From an uncultured Gammaproteobacteria bacterium (GTDB lineage: Bacteria; Actinomycetota; Acidimicrobiia; Acidimicrobiales; Aldehydirespiratoraceae): 64,000 nucleotides of DNA. The notes below the pieces were generated by a model. The model saw only the letters and a program-made list of their open reading frames with translations, was not told where the DNA came from and ran no database searches. Shown here in pieces: positions 1 to 9,055 of this stretch (its first letter is position 1; every line of letters starts with the position of its first letter). A program made the position numbers and the translations under genes. The stretch covers positions 134,761-198,760 of the forward strand of contig CAXMSE010000039.1 in the NCBI GenBank assembly GCA_964196195.1. Direction: 5' to 3'.

Positions 1-424
1 GCGAGAAGTACGAAGCTGCCTCGGCGCGCCTATCGTCGGGAGTCAGGTCCTGGATGGCAGTGGCGGCGCCGACGAACACGGCGGCCTCGCCGAGTCCCGC
101 CACGCCGCGGAATCCCACCACCATCGAGATAGAGGTGGCGGTGACGGTGGCCATGGTTGCCAGCCCGGCGATGGTGGCACCCACCGCGATCAGAATCCGC
201 CGTCCTCGACGATCGCCGATCGGCCCCACAAGCGGTCGCACAGCAGCCGCGGCCAAGCCGAAGGAGCTCACCGCGATGCCGACCTGGGTGGACGTCCCGC
301 CGAGCTCGCCTCCCACATAGAGAGGAAGGACCGAGAGGGTCATGTTGAGCCCGAGGAAGTAGACGCTCACGCCGACGCACAGGAACACGAACCGCGGGGT
401 GAGAAGGCGAGATGTCGGGTTCAC
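1..424 (-). CDS. MFS transporter, N-terminal portion (partial; continues beyond window start)
   Basis: Reverse-strand translation from a GTG at 424 reads VNPTSRLLTPRFVFLCVGVSVYFLGLNMTLSVLPLYVGG...GPIGDRRGRRILIAVG, i.e. hydrophobic TM helices plus the MFS motif A (G-x3-D-R-x-G-R-R). The start overlaps the gluQ stop as GTGA. It is not in the ORF track because it is truncated at the window edge. Confidence 0.6.
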   Translation of the reverse strand, partial: MNPTSRLLTPRFVFLCVGVSVYFLGLNMTLSVLPLYVGGELGGTSTQVGIAVSSFGLAAAAVRPLVGPIGDRRGRRILIAVGATIAGLATMATVTATSISMVVGFRGVAGLGEAAVFVGAATAIQDLTPDDRRAEAASYFS

Positions 425-1359
425 CAGGATTCGGTCATCTGTTGGGGGGAGAGGGTCCAGGGATCGAGCCGGATCGCCGAAGCATCGAAACGATCGATCA
501 GATCGGCTGCTCGAATCTCGGCCTCCGACACGGCCAGGCCCAGACTTCGAGCCAGTTCCCCAATCACCCTCTCGGGAGAATCGCCCAATGCGATTCGGTC
601 GCGCAGGGTCACCGAGCCGTGGCGCTTCGCCAGCCGGTCGCCATTGTGAGCCAGCACCAGCGGTACGTGGGCCCAGGCGGGTCGGTCGATCCCGAGCAGG
701 TCCATGAGGTGGGCCTGGCGCGGGGTCGAGCTGAGCAGATCATCAGCCCTCACGACCTCCTCGACCCCCTGGGCGGCATCGTCGATCACCACCACCAGGT
801 TGTAGGCCGGTGTGCCATCGCCGCGTCTCAGTACGAGGTCGTCGACGGTGCCTCGGTGTGAGCCGTGCAGACGGTCGACGATCTCCACTTCGTCGCCATC
901 GGTGCGTAGGCGCAGAGCCGGTGGCCGTCCTGACGACTCACGCTCCCGCGTCTCGGCGCGGGAGAGGTGGCGACAGGTCCCCGGGTAGTGGCCGGGGGCG
1001 TGGTGCGGGGCCGATGCCGCCTCTCTTATCTCTCGACGGGAGCACCAGCACCGGTAGGCGAGCCCGGCCCGGTCGAGATCGGAGAGGACCGCTTCGTACC
1101 GGTCGGTGCGCTCACTCTGGAGAATCGGCTCACCGTCCCAGCTGAGACCGAGAGTTTCGAGGTCGCTGCGTTGGCTGTCGAAGTGTTCGGCTCGGACGGT
1201 GGCTGAGTCGAGATCCTCGAAGCGAAGCAGGAACCGGGAACCCGCGGCTCGAGCGAAGAGCCAGGCCGCCAAGCCGGTGCGCAGATTGCCGACATGAAGG
1301 ACGCCTGTGGGACTGGGGGCAAAACGGCCGACACTCACGCGCTGATCCTCGCACGACAT
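421..1359 (-). CDS. gluQ: glutamyl-Q tRNA(Asp) synthetase (GluQRS)
   Basis: 312 aa. Class I aaRS HIGH-type motif in FAPSPTGVLHVGNLRTGLAAW, then a truncated GluRS-like catalytic core with no anticodon-binding domain; the length is typical of GluQ/YadB. Confidence 0.85.
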   Translation of the reverse strand: MSCEDQRVSVGRFAPSPTGVLHVGNLRTGLAAWLFARAAGSRFLLRFEDLDSATVRAEHFDSQRSDLETLGLSWDGEPILQSERTDRYEAVLSDLDRAGLAYRCWCSRREIREAASAPHHAPGHYPGTCRHLSRAETRERESSGRPPALRLRTDGDEVEIVDRLHGSHRGTVDDLVLRRGDGTPAYNLVVVIDDAAQGVEEVVRADDLLSSTPRQAHLMDLLGIDRPAWAHVPLVLAHNGDRLAKRHGSVTLRDRIALGDSPERVIGELARSLGLAVSEAEIRAADLIDRFDASAIRLDPWTLSPQQMTESW

Positions 1360-1566
1360 GCGCCTGCCGCCCGGGTTTCCCCTCCAGGCCCCGGGCGGCA
1401 GGCTGATCAGCCGGCATCACTCACCAGAGGCGAGCCGACCGATCGGTCTGAGGATTCAGACGAACCGTCGCGCCTTCGGGTTCCGGATTCATTGGTTTGT
1501 AACGACCCCGTCACCGGACCGCAGCCTGGCTCACGATTTCGACGCAGGGGCTGGCAGACTGCACGA

Positions 1567-2325
1567 GTGAACGACCACAGCGGCGAAGACTCGACCGACG
1601 AAGTGGCCGACAACGCACCGGCCCATCACCACATGGTGCATTCCCATCGTGATGTGCAGGGTGGAACGGCTCGTGCTGCGGTGTTCGGGGTAAGCGACGG
1701 CTTGGTGTCCAACGTCGCCCTCATCATCGGGATCGCGGGCGCATCCACTGACGGTTCACTAGTACGCCTCGCCGGCATCAGCGGACTCCTGGCCGGTGCC
1801 ATCTCCATGGCAGCCGGTGAGTGGGTCAGTGTTCGGGCCTACAACGAACTCGTCGAACGCGAGCTGGAGATCGAACGCAGATCGCTGGCCGAGAATCCCG
1901 AGGCGGAGAAGCGCGAGCTGGCGGCCATCTATCGCGAGCGAGGGCTTCCCGCCGAGCATGCCGAACAGGTGGCCGAGGGCATCATGTCCGACCTTGAGGT
2001 CGCCCTCGACGTACACGCGCGAGAAGAACTTGGCATCGACCCCGACGGGATCGGGTCGCCGCTGAAGGTGGCGGTGGTGTCGTTCATAGCGTTCACGGTG
2101 GGTGCCTTCATCCCCCTGCTGCCCTGGCTCTTCTCGGAGGGATCCAGCGCCACCATCGTATCGGTGGGCCTCGGTGTCACCGGCGCCGCGGTGGTCGGCT
2201 TCCTCCTCGCGATGTTCACCGAACGCAGCCCCCTACGCACCGCCTCGCGCCAGGTACTGGTGGCGGTGCTCGCGTGCGCGGCCACCTACCTCATAGGCAG
2301 TGCGCTGGGAGTCTCGGTGGCCTGA
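1567..2325 (+). CDS. VIT1/CCC1-family (DUF125) membrane iron/manganese transporter
   Basis: AVFGVSDGLVSNVALIIGIAGA followed by a cytoplasmic acidic helix (ERELEIERRSLAENPEAEKRELAAIY) and C-terminal TM helices is typical of the VIT family. The start is uncertain (GTG 1567 or ATG 1633). It lies divergent from gluQ with about 200 bp between them. Confidence 0.75.
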   Translation: MNDHSGEDSTDEVADNAPAHHHMVHSHRDVQGGTARAAVFGVSDGLVSNVALIIGIAGASTDGSLVRLAGISGLLAGAISMAAGEWVSVRAYNELVERELEIERRSLAENPEAEKRELAAIYRERGLPAEHAEQVAEGIMSDLEVALDVHAREELGIDPDGIGSPLKVAVVSFIAFTVGAFIPLLPWLFSEGSSATIVSVGLGVTGAAVVGFLLAMFTERSPLRTASRQVLVAVLACAATYLIGSALGVSVA

Positions 2326-2425
2326 CCGGCCCGCGCAAGGTTCCCTTCAAGCCTTTGAAGCAATGGGCCGATGGAACTACCGCGACTCGCAGCCGGGTCG
2401 CGAGCTGCGGGTGGGGAAGGGTTAT

Positions 2426-3841
2426 ATGCCAGCGACCGACACGGTCACCAGGGCAGATGTGGCGCATCTGCTTCGCCGAGCCGGCTATGGAGGATCAGAG
2501 GCCGAGATCACGGTGCTGACCGGCCAGAACCGGCGGGCATGCGTGGATGCGGTCATGGGCTTCAAGTCCACCGACGCGATTCCTCTGGGTCCGGATGTCG
2601 GGGTTCCCGGATTCGTCAACAAGGCGTCGCAGTGGGATGCCCACAGCGACGTGATCTCGTGGTGGGTGGATCGCATGGCCACCCTCGTCAACCCCACCAC
2701 GACACCCTCGCCTGCTCCGGCCACCGCTGCGGACCTGCCGATCTACGAACGACTCGCCTTCTTCTGGCACGACCACTTCGCGTGCGCTCAGGACAAGGTG
2801 GGTGACCTTCCGGTGATGTGGGATCAAATCAGGACCCTGCGCCGGATGGCGATGGGGAGCTTCGATGCCATGGTGAGGACCATCGCCGTTCACCCCGCGA
2901 TGCTCGTGCACCTCGACAACCAGCACAACACCGTGTCGGAACCCCAGGAGAACTTCGGACGCGAACTCATGGAGCTCTACACCTGCGGCGTGGGCGAGTT
3001 CACCGAAGCAGATGTGGTGGCGATGACCAGCGCCTGGACCGGCCACAACACAGTCGGCTGGGACAACGTCAACGACTTCTGGGACAGCACCTACGTCTAC
3101 GACACCGAAGCCCACGACTTCGGAACCAAGAACCTGTTCGGCATCGGCGCGAACTGGAACGGGATCGCCCAGAACGGCAGTGAGCGCGACACAATCAACG
3201 AGCTGGTCCACGGTGTTCGGCAGGCACCGACGGCCCGCCGGATCGCTCGCAAGCTGTTTGCCTGGTTCGCACACCGTGAGCCATCAGCAGCCACGGTGCA
3301 GGGGCTCGCCGATGTGCTCGTGGCCAACAACATGTCGATCGGCCCCCTTCTCCGCGCCATCCTCGAACACGACGAATTCTGGAGCGTGACGAGCCGCTGG
3401 GGCCTGGTGAAGAACCCCACCGACTACATAGTCACGCTGGTGCGGCGCTCCGGCGCCGATGCCTGGGACCTCGGGCTCCACTGGCGGATGTACAACATGG
3501 GGCAGGTGCCCCTTGATCCTCCCAGCGTCGCCGGGTGGGGGAGCGATCTGGGCTGGCTCTCCACCGCCTCGGCCTGGGGCCGCGGCCATTTCGCCAGCGG
3601 TATGCGTTGGTCCGCTACCGACACCGAGACGGGTCTCGGACTCCTGGCCAACCTGCAGGACAGCGGGGCCACCAACGCGGTGCAGACGCTCCTCGACCTG
3701 TTCGGACTGGAGGAAGTGTCGTCCCAGACGCGCTTGCGGCTCGAGGAGTGGTTCGACGAGGCCCACGCCACCGACCCCTGGTCGATACCACCCCAGGGTT
3801 TCATGCTCGGCGCCCTCACTCCCGAGTTCCAGGTCTACTGA
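2426..3841 (+). CDS. DUF1800 family protein
   Basis: N-terminal VAHLLRRAGYGGS and the FWHDHF motif are characteristic of DUF1800. It sits immediately upstream (12 nt) of a DUF1501 gene, the canonical pairing. An alternative start is ATG 2363; the ORF-track start at 2300 overlaps the upstream gene. Confidence 0.8.
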   Translation: MPATDTVTRADVAHLLRRAGYGGSEAEITVLTGQNRRACVDAVMGFKSTDAIPLGPDVGVPGFVNKASQWDAHSDVISWWVDRMATLVNPTTTPSPAPATAADLPIYERLAFFWHDHFACAQDKVGDLPVMWDQIRTLRRMAMGSFDAMVRTIAVHPAMLVHLDNQHNTVSEPQENFGRELMELYTCGVGEFTEADVVAMTSAWTGHNTVGWDNVNDFWDSTYVYDTEAHDFGTKNLFGIGANWNGIAQNGSERDTINELVHGVRQAPTARRIARKLFAWFAHREPSAATVQGLADVLVANNMSIGPLLRAILEHDEFWSVTSRWGLVKNPTDYIVTLVRRSGADAWDLGLHWRMYNMGQVPLDPPSVAGWGSDLGWLSTASAWGRGHFASGMRWSATDTETGLGLLANLQDSGATNAVQTLLDLFGLEEVSSQTRLRLEEWFDEAHATDPWSIPPQGFMLGALTPEFQVY

Positions 3842-3852
3842 GGATCCGACTG

Positions 3853-5691
3853 ATGCACCATCTTCTCACCCCCAAACGCGCCCGCCTCAGTCGTCCCTCA
3901 GAGGCCGACATCGCTCGTGTTCGCCTGTCCCGCAACGACAACTCCTCCGACGGACTGGCCCGTCGTCGCTTCCTCCAAGGCTCTCTGGCGGTCGGCGGCG
4001 CCGCGGGAATCGGGCTCGTCCCGGGTGTGATGGACCAGATCGCAGCTGCGGCGACGCCGCTGACTCCGAATCAGAGAATTCTGGTGACCGTGTTCCTCAA
4101 TGGAGGCAACGACCACCTAAACACCCTCGTTCCGGCCGAGGACCCTGCCTACCAAGCCGCCCGTGGCTCACTGGCGGTCAGCGTCGATGGTTCCACCTCA
4201 GTTGGGGAGGGCTTGCACCTGCATCCCAATCTCGGTCGCATGAAGGCTCGCTTCGACGCAGGCCAGGTGGCGCTCATCCGGGGTGTCGGCGAGGAGTCCG
4301 ACGACCACAGCCACTTCACGTCGATGGCCACATGGATGTCCGGTATTCAGAACATGATCCCGGCCACCGGCTGGCTGGGTCGCTACCAGGACGGCGTGGG
4401 GCTCGACAATCTGGGCGCGGTCGCGATCGGTTGGGGCGGTGTACCTCTCACTCTCCACGGCAGTGCGTCCACCGCGGTCGCCCTTCCCCCCAACGGGTCC
4501 CTGTTCGGCGCCGACCGATCATCGGCCTGGGAGCGGTACGCCTTCGAGGCGATCAGCGACCTCGGTGTCGCCGGCGGCGGTGTCGGTCCATACGGCAACA
4601 CGGTGGCCGCGGCCTTCGGTGATGCGGTCGACACGGCCCAGGAGATCTCGCCGGCCTTCGTTTCGACACTCGCCGAGGACGGGCTGGCCCGCGACCTTGG
4701 CCTGGCCGCTCAGGTCATCAACCTCAACCTGGGAACCCAGCTCGTCAACGTGGATCTCGGCGGCTTCGACCACCACGACAGCCAGCGCCCCGACCACGAC
4801 GACCTTCTCGCAGAGCTCGATGCAGGTATCGATGCCTTCTTCAACAACCTGCTGCCCGCATTCGCGGCGCGCACCACCGTGTTGGTCGCGTCGGAGTTCG
4901 GTCGACGGGTGAGATCCAACAGCACGGGCACCGATCACGGCACCGCCGGCCTGATGATGATGGTCGGCCCGTCGGTCAACGGCGGACTACACGGCCGGCA
5001 ACCCTCGCTGACCGACCTCGACCGCCGAGGCGACATGCACCACCACCTCGACTTCAGGTCGGTGTACGCGTCGATCCTCAGCCAATGGCTCGGCGCCGAC
5101 GACGCAGAGATCCTGGGGGCCGGCTACCCCCACCTGGACCTCTTCAGCGACACCAGCCTCAACCTTTTCTGGGACGTCAACAGTTCTCAATACTACGCGC
5201 CTGCGGTGGGTTGGCTGGCCGCCACCGGAATCACCACCGGGACGGGGCCGGGCACCTTCTCCCCGGGTGATCCGGTCACCCGGGGCCAGATGGCCACCTT
5301 CCTGTGGCGCTACAGGGCCAAGCCCACCGGCGCTCCCAGGTCGGGATTCAGTGACGTGCCGGCCGGGCGCTTCTACACCGAGGCGGTCGACTGGCTCTTC
5401 CACGCCGGTATCACCACGGGCACGGGTGGGGGAAAATTCTCGCCCGATGATCCGGTCACCCGGGGCCAGATGGCCACCTTTCTATGGCGCCTCGAGGGAT
5501 CCCCCGCGGGTGCGCCCCAGTCCGGATTCAGCGATGTGGCCCCGGGCCGTTACTACTCAGCGGCCGTTGATTGGCTCCTCGATCGCGGCATCACGACGGG
5601 CACCGGCGCCAACCGCTATTCACCCGATGACGTGGTGACACGGGGCCAGATGGCCACCTTCCTCTGGCGGCTGGCAGGAAGCCCCGCCTGA
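3853..5691 (+). CDS. DUF1501 (sulfatase-like) protein with Tat signal and three C-terminal SLH domains
   Basis: Tat motif SRRRFLQGSLAVGGAAGIG, then VFLNGGNDHLNTLVP typical of DUF1501. The C-terminus has three tandem about 60-aa repeats of the form FSDVP..Y...AVDWL...GITTGTG...FSP.D.VTRGQMATFLWR, which match the S-layer homology domain. Confidence 0.85.
   Translation: MHHLLTPKRARLSRPSEADIARVRLSRNDNSSDGLARRRFLQGSLAVGGAAGIGLVPGVMDQIAAAATPLTPNQRILVTVFLNGGNDHLNTLVPAEDPAYQAARGSLAVSVDGSTSVGEGLHLHPNLGRMKARFDAGQVALIRGVGEESDDHSHFTSMATWMSGIQNMIPATGWLGRYQDGVGLDNLGAVAIGWGGVPLTLHGSASTAVALPPNGSLFGADRSSAWERYAFEAISDLGVAGGGVGPYGNTVAAAFGDAVDTAQEISPAFVSTLAEDGLARDLGLAAQVINLNLGTQLVNVDLGGFDHHDSQRPDHDDLLAELDAGIDAFFNNLLPAFAARTTVLVASEFGRRVRSNSTGTDHGTAGLMMMVGPSVNGGLHGRQPSLTDLDRRGDMHHHLDFRSVYASILSQWLGADDAEILGAGYPHLDLFSDTSLNLFWDVNSSQYYAPAVGWLAATGITTGTGPGTFSPGDPVTRGQMATFLWRYRAKPTGAPRSGFSDVPAGRFYTEAVDWLFHAGITTGTGGGKFSPDDPVTRGQMATFLWRLEGSPAGAPQSGFSDVAPGRYYSAAVDWLLDRGITTGTGANRYSPDDVVTRGQMATFLWRLAGSPA
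5170..5691 (+). repeat. 3 x 180-bp tandem coding repeats (SLH domains) with near-identical cores
   Basis: cggggccagatggccaccttcct recurs at 5281, 5461 and 5641, an exact 180-bp period. Confidence 0.8.
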
Positions 5692-5782
5692 GTAGGAGGA
5701 GGTCCTTTGGCACATTGCTTGTAGGCAGGTTCGGTATGGAGTAGACCGGCATCACCAGGCGAATTCAGATGTCGGAGGACTC

Positions 5783-7978
5783 ATGAAACGAACTACGAGG
5801 ATGCTGTTTGCGGTTTTGGCGGTGGCGCTATTAGCGGCCTTCGCAGGCGCGGCCAATGCCGCGAGTCCACCATCGTCGGGGTTCACCGACGTGCCGGCGG
5901 GTTCCTTCTTCGAAGATGCTGTCGACTGGGCGGCCGCCGAGGGTGTCACCGACGGCGTCACGGCCACCTCGTTCGGGCCCGATCTCGTCATGCCTCGGTC
6001 CCAGGCCATCACAATTTCCTGGCGTGTGGCCGGTTCTCCCACTGGCAGCGCGGCATCCGGCTTCACCGATGTGCCTGCAGGGGCCTTCTATGAGGAGGCT
6101 GTCAACTGGGCCAAGGCCAACAGTGTCACCGGCGGTGTTTCCGCCACCTTGTTCGGCCCCGACGTAACCACCTCGAGGGCGATGTTCGTCACCTTCCTGT
6201 GGCGCGCCTTCGGGTCGCCCACCGGCAACGCGGCATCCGGCTTCACCGACGTGCCTGTCGGCGCCTTCTATGAGGAGGCTGTCAACTGGGCCAAGGCCAA
6301 GGGCATCACCACTGGCGTCAGCGCCACGCTCTTCGCCCCCGCCTCGGCAGTCACCCGGGCCCAGGCTGTCACCATGCAGTACCGCGAGCCGGTACCACTG
6401 CAGATCCTGTCGATCAACGACTTCCACGGCGCCCTCGACCGGTCGTCGAGCAGCTTCGGCGGCACCGGCGGCATCGATTACCTCGCGACCAACATGGGGG
6501 TCCGTGAAGCCGAAGCCCGCCACTCACTCACCGTTTCCGCCGGCGACATGATCGGTGCATCACCGCTGCTCTCGGCAGCCTTCCACGATGAGCCCACCAT
6601 CGAGGCCATGAACCTCCTCGGTCTCGACATCAACGGCGTCGGCAACCATGAGTTCGACGAGGGATCAATCGAGTTGCTGCGCATGGCCAACGGAGGCACC
6701 CATCCCGTCGACGGAGACTTCGGTGGCACTGTGTTCGAGGGAGCCGACTTCGACTTCCTCTCCGCCAATGTCGTGGTCACGGCAACCGGCCAGACCCTGT
6801 TCCCGAGCTACGCGGTCAAAACCATCTCGGGTGTCGACGTCGCCTTCATCGGCATGACGCTCGAGGGCACCCCCTCGATCGTCACCCAGGCCGGTGTGGC
6901 GGGTCTCACCTTCAACGATGAGATCGCAACCGTCAACGCCCTGGTGCCCATGCTCCAGGCCAAGGGCATCGAAGCGATCGTGGTGCTCGTGCACGAGGGA
7001 GGCTTCTCCAGCGGTGGTGCGGAGGGCGACGACTGCACCGGCGGGCTCACGGGTCCCCTGGCCGACATCGTCGATGGCTTCGACACGGCGGTCGACCTGG
7101 TCATCGCCGGGCACGTCAACGACGAGTTCGTGTGTGAGCGCAACGGCATGTGGGTCACCATGGCCGACGGCACCGGCCGCCTGTTCACCGACAGCGACAC
7201 GATGCTCGACCGTCAGACCGGCGAGATGACTATCTCGGCGATCGACAATGTGCCCAACCTCAACGACCGAGCCGGCGTGGTTGCGGCGGCTCCGGCGCTC
7301 ACCGCGCTGAGGGACTTCTACGAGGCTCTCGCAGCACCGTTCGCGGATGTGGTGGTCGGCACTATCAGCGCCGATATTCTCAGGGCCGGAAACGCGGCCG
7401 GTGAATCGGCCCTCGGCGATGTGATCGCTGATGCCCAACTGGCGTCCACCTCGGGTGTGGGAGTCGGCGAGGCTGTGATCGCCTTCATGAACCCGGGTGG
7501 TATCCGCACAGACATGCTGTTCATCGCCAGCGGTGGCGAAGCCGATGGCGACGTCACCTTCGCCGAGGCCTTCGCTGTGCAGCCGTTCGGCAACAGCCTC
7601 ATCACGATGACGCTCACCGGCACCCAGATCCACGACCTGCTCGAACAGCAGTTCGACAATCCAGATGCCGGAAGCAATCGGATCCTCCAGGTGTCGGACG
7701 GATTCACCTACACCTGGGATTCCACCGGCACAGCCGGCGACCATGTCGATCCGGCGATGATCAAGTTGGATGGGGTCGCGCTTGTCGGCGGCACCAGTTA
7801 TCGGGTGACGGTCAATAGCTTCCTCGCTGGCGGAGGCGACAACTTCAGCGTGTTGACCCTCGGCACGGATCTTGTGGGCGGTGAGGTCGACACCGATGCC
7901 ATGGAGGCGTTCTTCGCGGCTTCCTCGCCTACGCCGCTTGACCCCGGTCCTCAGGACCGGATCACCGTCGTCCCGTAG
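5783..7978 (+). CDS. secreted 5'-nucleotidase / UDP-sugar hydrolase-like metallophosphoesterase with three N-terminal SLH domains
   Basis: Signal peptide MKRTTRMLFAVLAVALLAAFAGAANA; three SLH repeats (SGFTDVP.G.F.E.AV.WA...VT.G). The catalytic domain carries metallophosphatase motifs (SINDFHG, GNHEFD) and a C-terminal 5'-nucleotidase substrate-binding domain. Confidence 0.85.
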   Translation: MKRTTRMLFAVLAVALLAAFAGAANAASPPSSGFTDVPAGSFFEDAVDWAAAEGVTDGVTATSFGPDLVMPRSQAITISWRVAGSPTGSAASGFTDVPAGAFYEEAVNWAKANSVTGGVSATLFGPDVTTSRAMFVTFLWRAFGSPTGNAASGFTDVPVGAFYEEAVNWAKAKGITTGVSATLFAPASAVTRAQAVTMQYREPVPLQILSINDFHGALDRSSSSFGGTGGIDYLATNMGVREAEARHSLTVSAGDMIGASPLLSAAFHDEPTIEAMNLLGLDINGVGNHEFDEGSIELLRMANGGTHPVDGDFGGTVFEGADFDFLSANVVVTATGQTLFPSYAVKTISGVDVAFIGMTLEGTPSIVTQAGVAGLTFNDEIATVNALVPMLQAKGIEAIVVLVHEGGFSSGGAEGDDCTGGLTGPLADIVDGFDTAVDLVIAGHVNDEFVCERNGMWVTMADGTGRLFTDSDTMLDRQTGEMTISAIDNVPNLNDRAGVVAAAPALTALRDFYEALAAPFADVVVGTISADILRAGNAAGESALGDVIADAQLASTSGVGVGEAVIAFMNPGGIRTDMLFIASGGEADGDVTFAEAFAVQPFGNSLITMTLTGTQIHDLLEQQFDNPDAGSNRILQVSDGFTYTWDSTGTAGDHVDPAMIKLDGVALVGGTSYRVTVNSFLAGGGDNFSVLTLGTDLVGGEVDTDAMEAFFAASSPTPLDPGPQDRITVVP
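5873..6385 (+). repeat. 3 x 180-bp tandem coding repeats (SLH domains)
   Basis: gcggcatccggcttcaccga and the gaggaggctgtcaactgggccaaggccaa blocks recur 180 bp apart at 6049 and 6229. Confidence 0.75.
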
Positions 7979-8003
7979 CGGGCCAAGCACGAACTCGACA
8001 AAG

Positions 8004-8033
8004 GGTGACATCCGGCGATGGCCGGATGTCACC
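8004..8033 (+). terminator. perfect 13-bp stem / 4-nt loop hairpin downstream of the 5'-nucleotidase gene
   Basis: GGTGACATCCGGC-gatg-GCCGGATGTCACC, 26 nt after the stop at 7978. There is no U-tract, which is common in high-GC actinobacteria. Confidence 0.4.
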
Positions 8034-8116
8034 TGTGTCGCGCCCCTTGAGCGACGCGAACTAATGTGGCTGGAACGGGAGGGTGTCGAACGGTGGCCGG
8101 AACAGTCGAGGGAGAA

Positions 8117-9037
8117 ATGAGAGTCGATCTCGACCGAGTGGTGGAAGCCACCCAGCTGATCCCCCGCCAGTTCATTCGCACCGCCCAGTACCGCAGCGAA
8201 GGCATCAGTCGCCTGCTCGGTCTCGAAGTGATCCTCAAGATCGAGACCACCAACCCGGCGGGGTCGGTCATGGGCCGCGCCGCCGAGTGGTGGTTTGCGA
8301 GCCATCCTGCGGTTCATCGCGTGGTGTGTGCTTCCGCCGACGACTTCGGTATGGCCATGGCCCACGCAGGCCGATCACGCGGAGTCGAGGTCGAGTTGTT
8401 CGGTCCGGCCTCTGCGGACCGGGCCAAGGTCGATGCCTTGCGTCACGCGGGCACGACCGTTCGGCTCGATGCCGACGACCCCGAGGACATACGCGAAGAG
8501 GCTCGTCGTTACGGTTCAATGGTCGAGGGCATGCTCGTGTTCGATGGCGAACACATCGAGCTGGTGGAGGGTGCGGCCACGATGGCCGCCGAGATCCAAC
8601 ACCTGGACGAACCACCCGATGCCGTCTTCGTGCCTCTCGGCTCGGGCACGGTCGCACTGGGCACCGCCACCTGGTGCCACGCCCGGATGCCTCGCACACG
8701 GGTGGTCGGGGTCGGCGCCGAGGGCGCGCCGGCCATGGCCCGATCGGTCCGCGAACGCCGCGTCGTCACCACCCCTTCGGTGTCCACCGCCGCATGGGAG
8801 TTGGCCGTTCGAGTGCCGTCGGAGTCGATCGTGGTGCCGCTGGCGGCCGCGCTCGACGACACAGCCCTCGTGTCTGACCGACACATGCAGCAGGCTGCGG
8901 CTGCGCTCGCCAGCCATGAGGGAATCCGGGCCTCGCTCAGTGGTGCTGCTGCCCTCGCTGCCGTTGCGGTGGCGGCGCCGTCGCTGCGCGGTTCCACCGT
9001 GGTGGTCGCGGTTACTTCACGCGCCATCGGCGGCTGA
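8117..9037 (+). CDS. PLP fold-II (threonine/serine dehydratase-like) protein with substituted Schiff-base lysine
   Basis: The protein aligns by eye to IlvA/TdcB along its length, but LKLEN..TGSFKIRGA is replaced by ILKIETTNPAGSVMGRAA (K to M) and the SAGNHA motif by SADDFG. The glycine loop GSGTVALG is retained. Confidence 0.7.
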   Translation: MRVDLDRVVEATQLIPRQFIRTAQYRSEGISRLLGLEVILKIETTNPAGSVMGRAAEWWFASHPAVHRVVCASADDFGMAMAHAGRSRGVEVELFGPASADRAKVDALRHAGTTVRLDADDPEDIREEARRYGSMVEGMLVFDGEHIELVEGAATMAAEIQHLDEPPDAVFVPLGSGTVALGTATWCHARMPRTRVVGVGAEGAPAMARSVRERRVVTTPSVSTAAWELAVRVPSESIVVPLAAALDDTALVSDRHMQQAAAALASHEGIRASLSGAAALAAVAVAAPSLRGSTVVVAVTSRAIGG

Positions 9038-9055
9038 GCGTTCGCCTTACCGCAG

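Noticed and set aside
3459-4622. 387-aa + strand ORF, plus the 3535 N-terminal extension of the DUF1501 ORF
   Set aside because: Both are R/P/S-rich frame shadows overlapping the DUF1800 and DUF1501 coding frames. The DUF1501 frame carrying the Tat motif starts cleanly at ATG 3853.
6665-8365. 566-aa minus-strand ORF antisense to the SLH-5'-nucleotidase gene and running into the PLP-like gene
   Set aside because: It fully overlaps two well-supported genes on the opposite strand. Its composition (R/G/A/H-rich, no recognisable motifs) is typical of high-GC antisense shadow ORFs.
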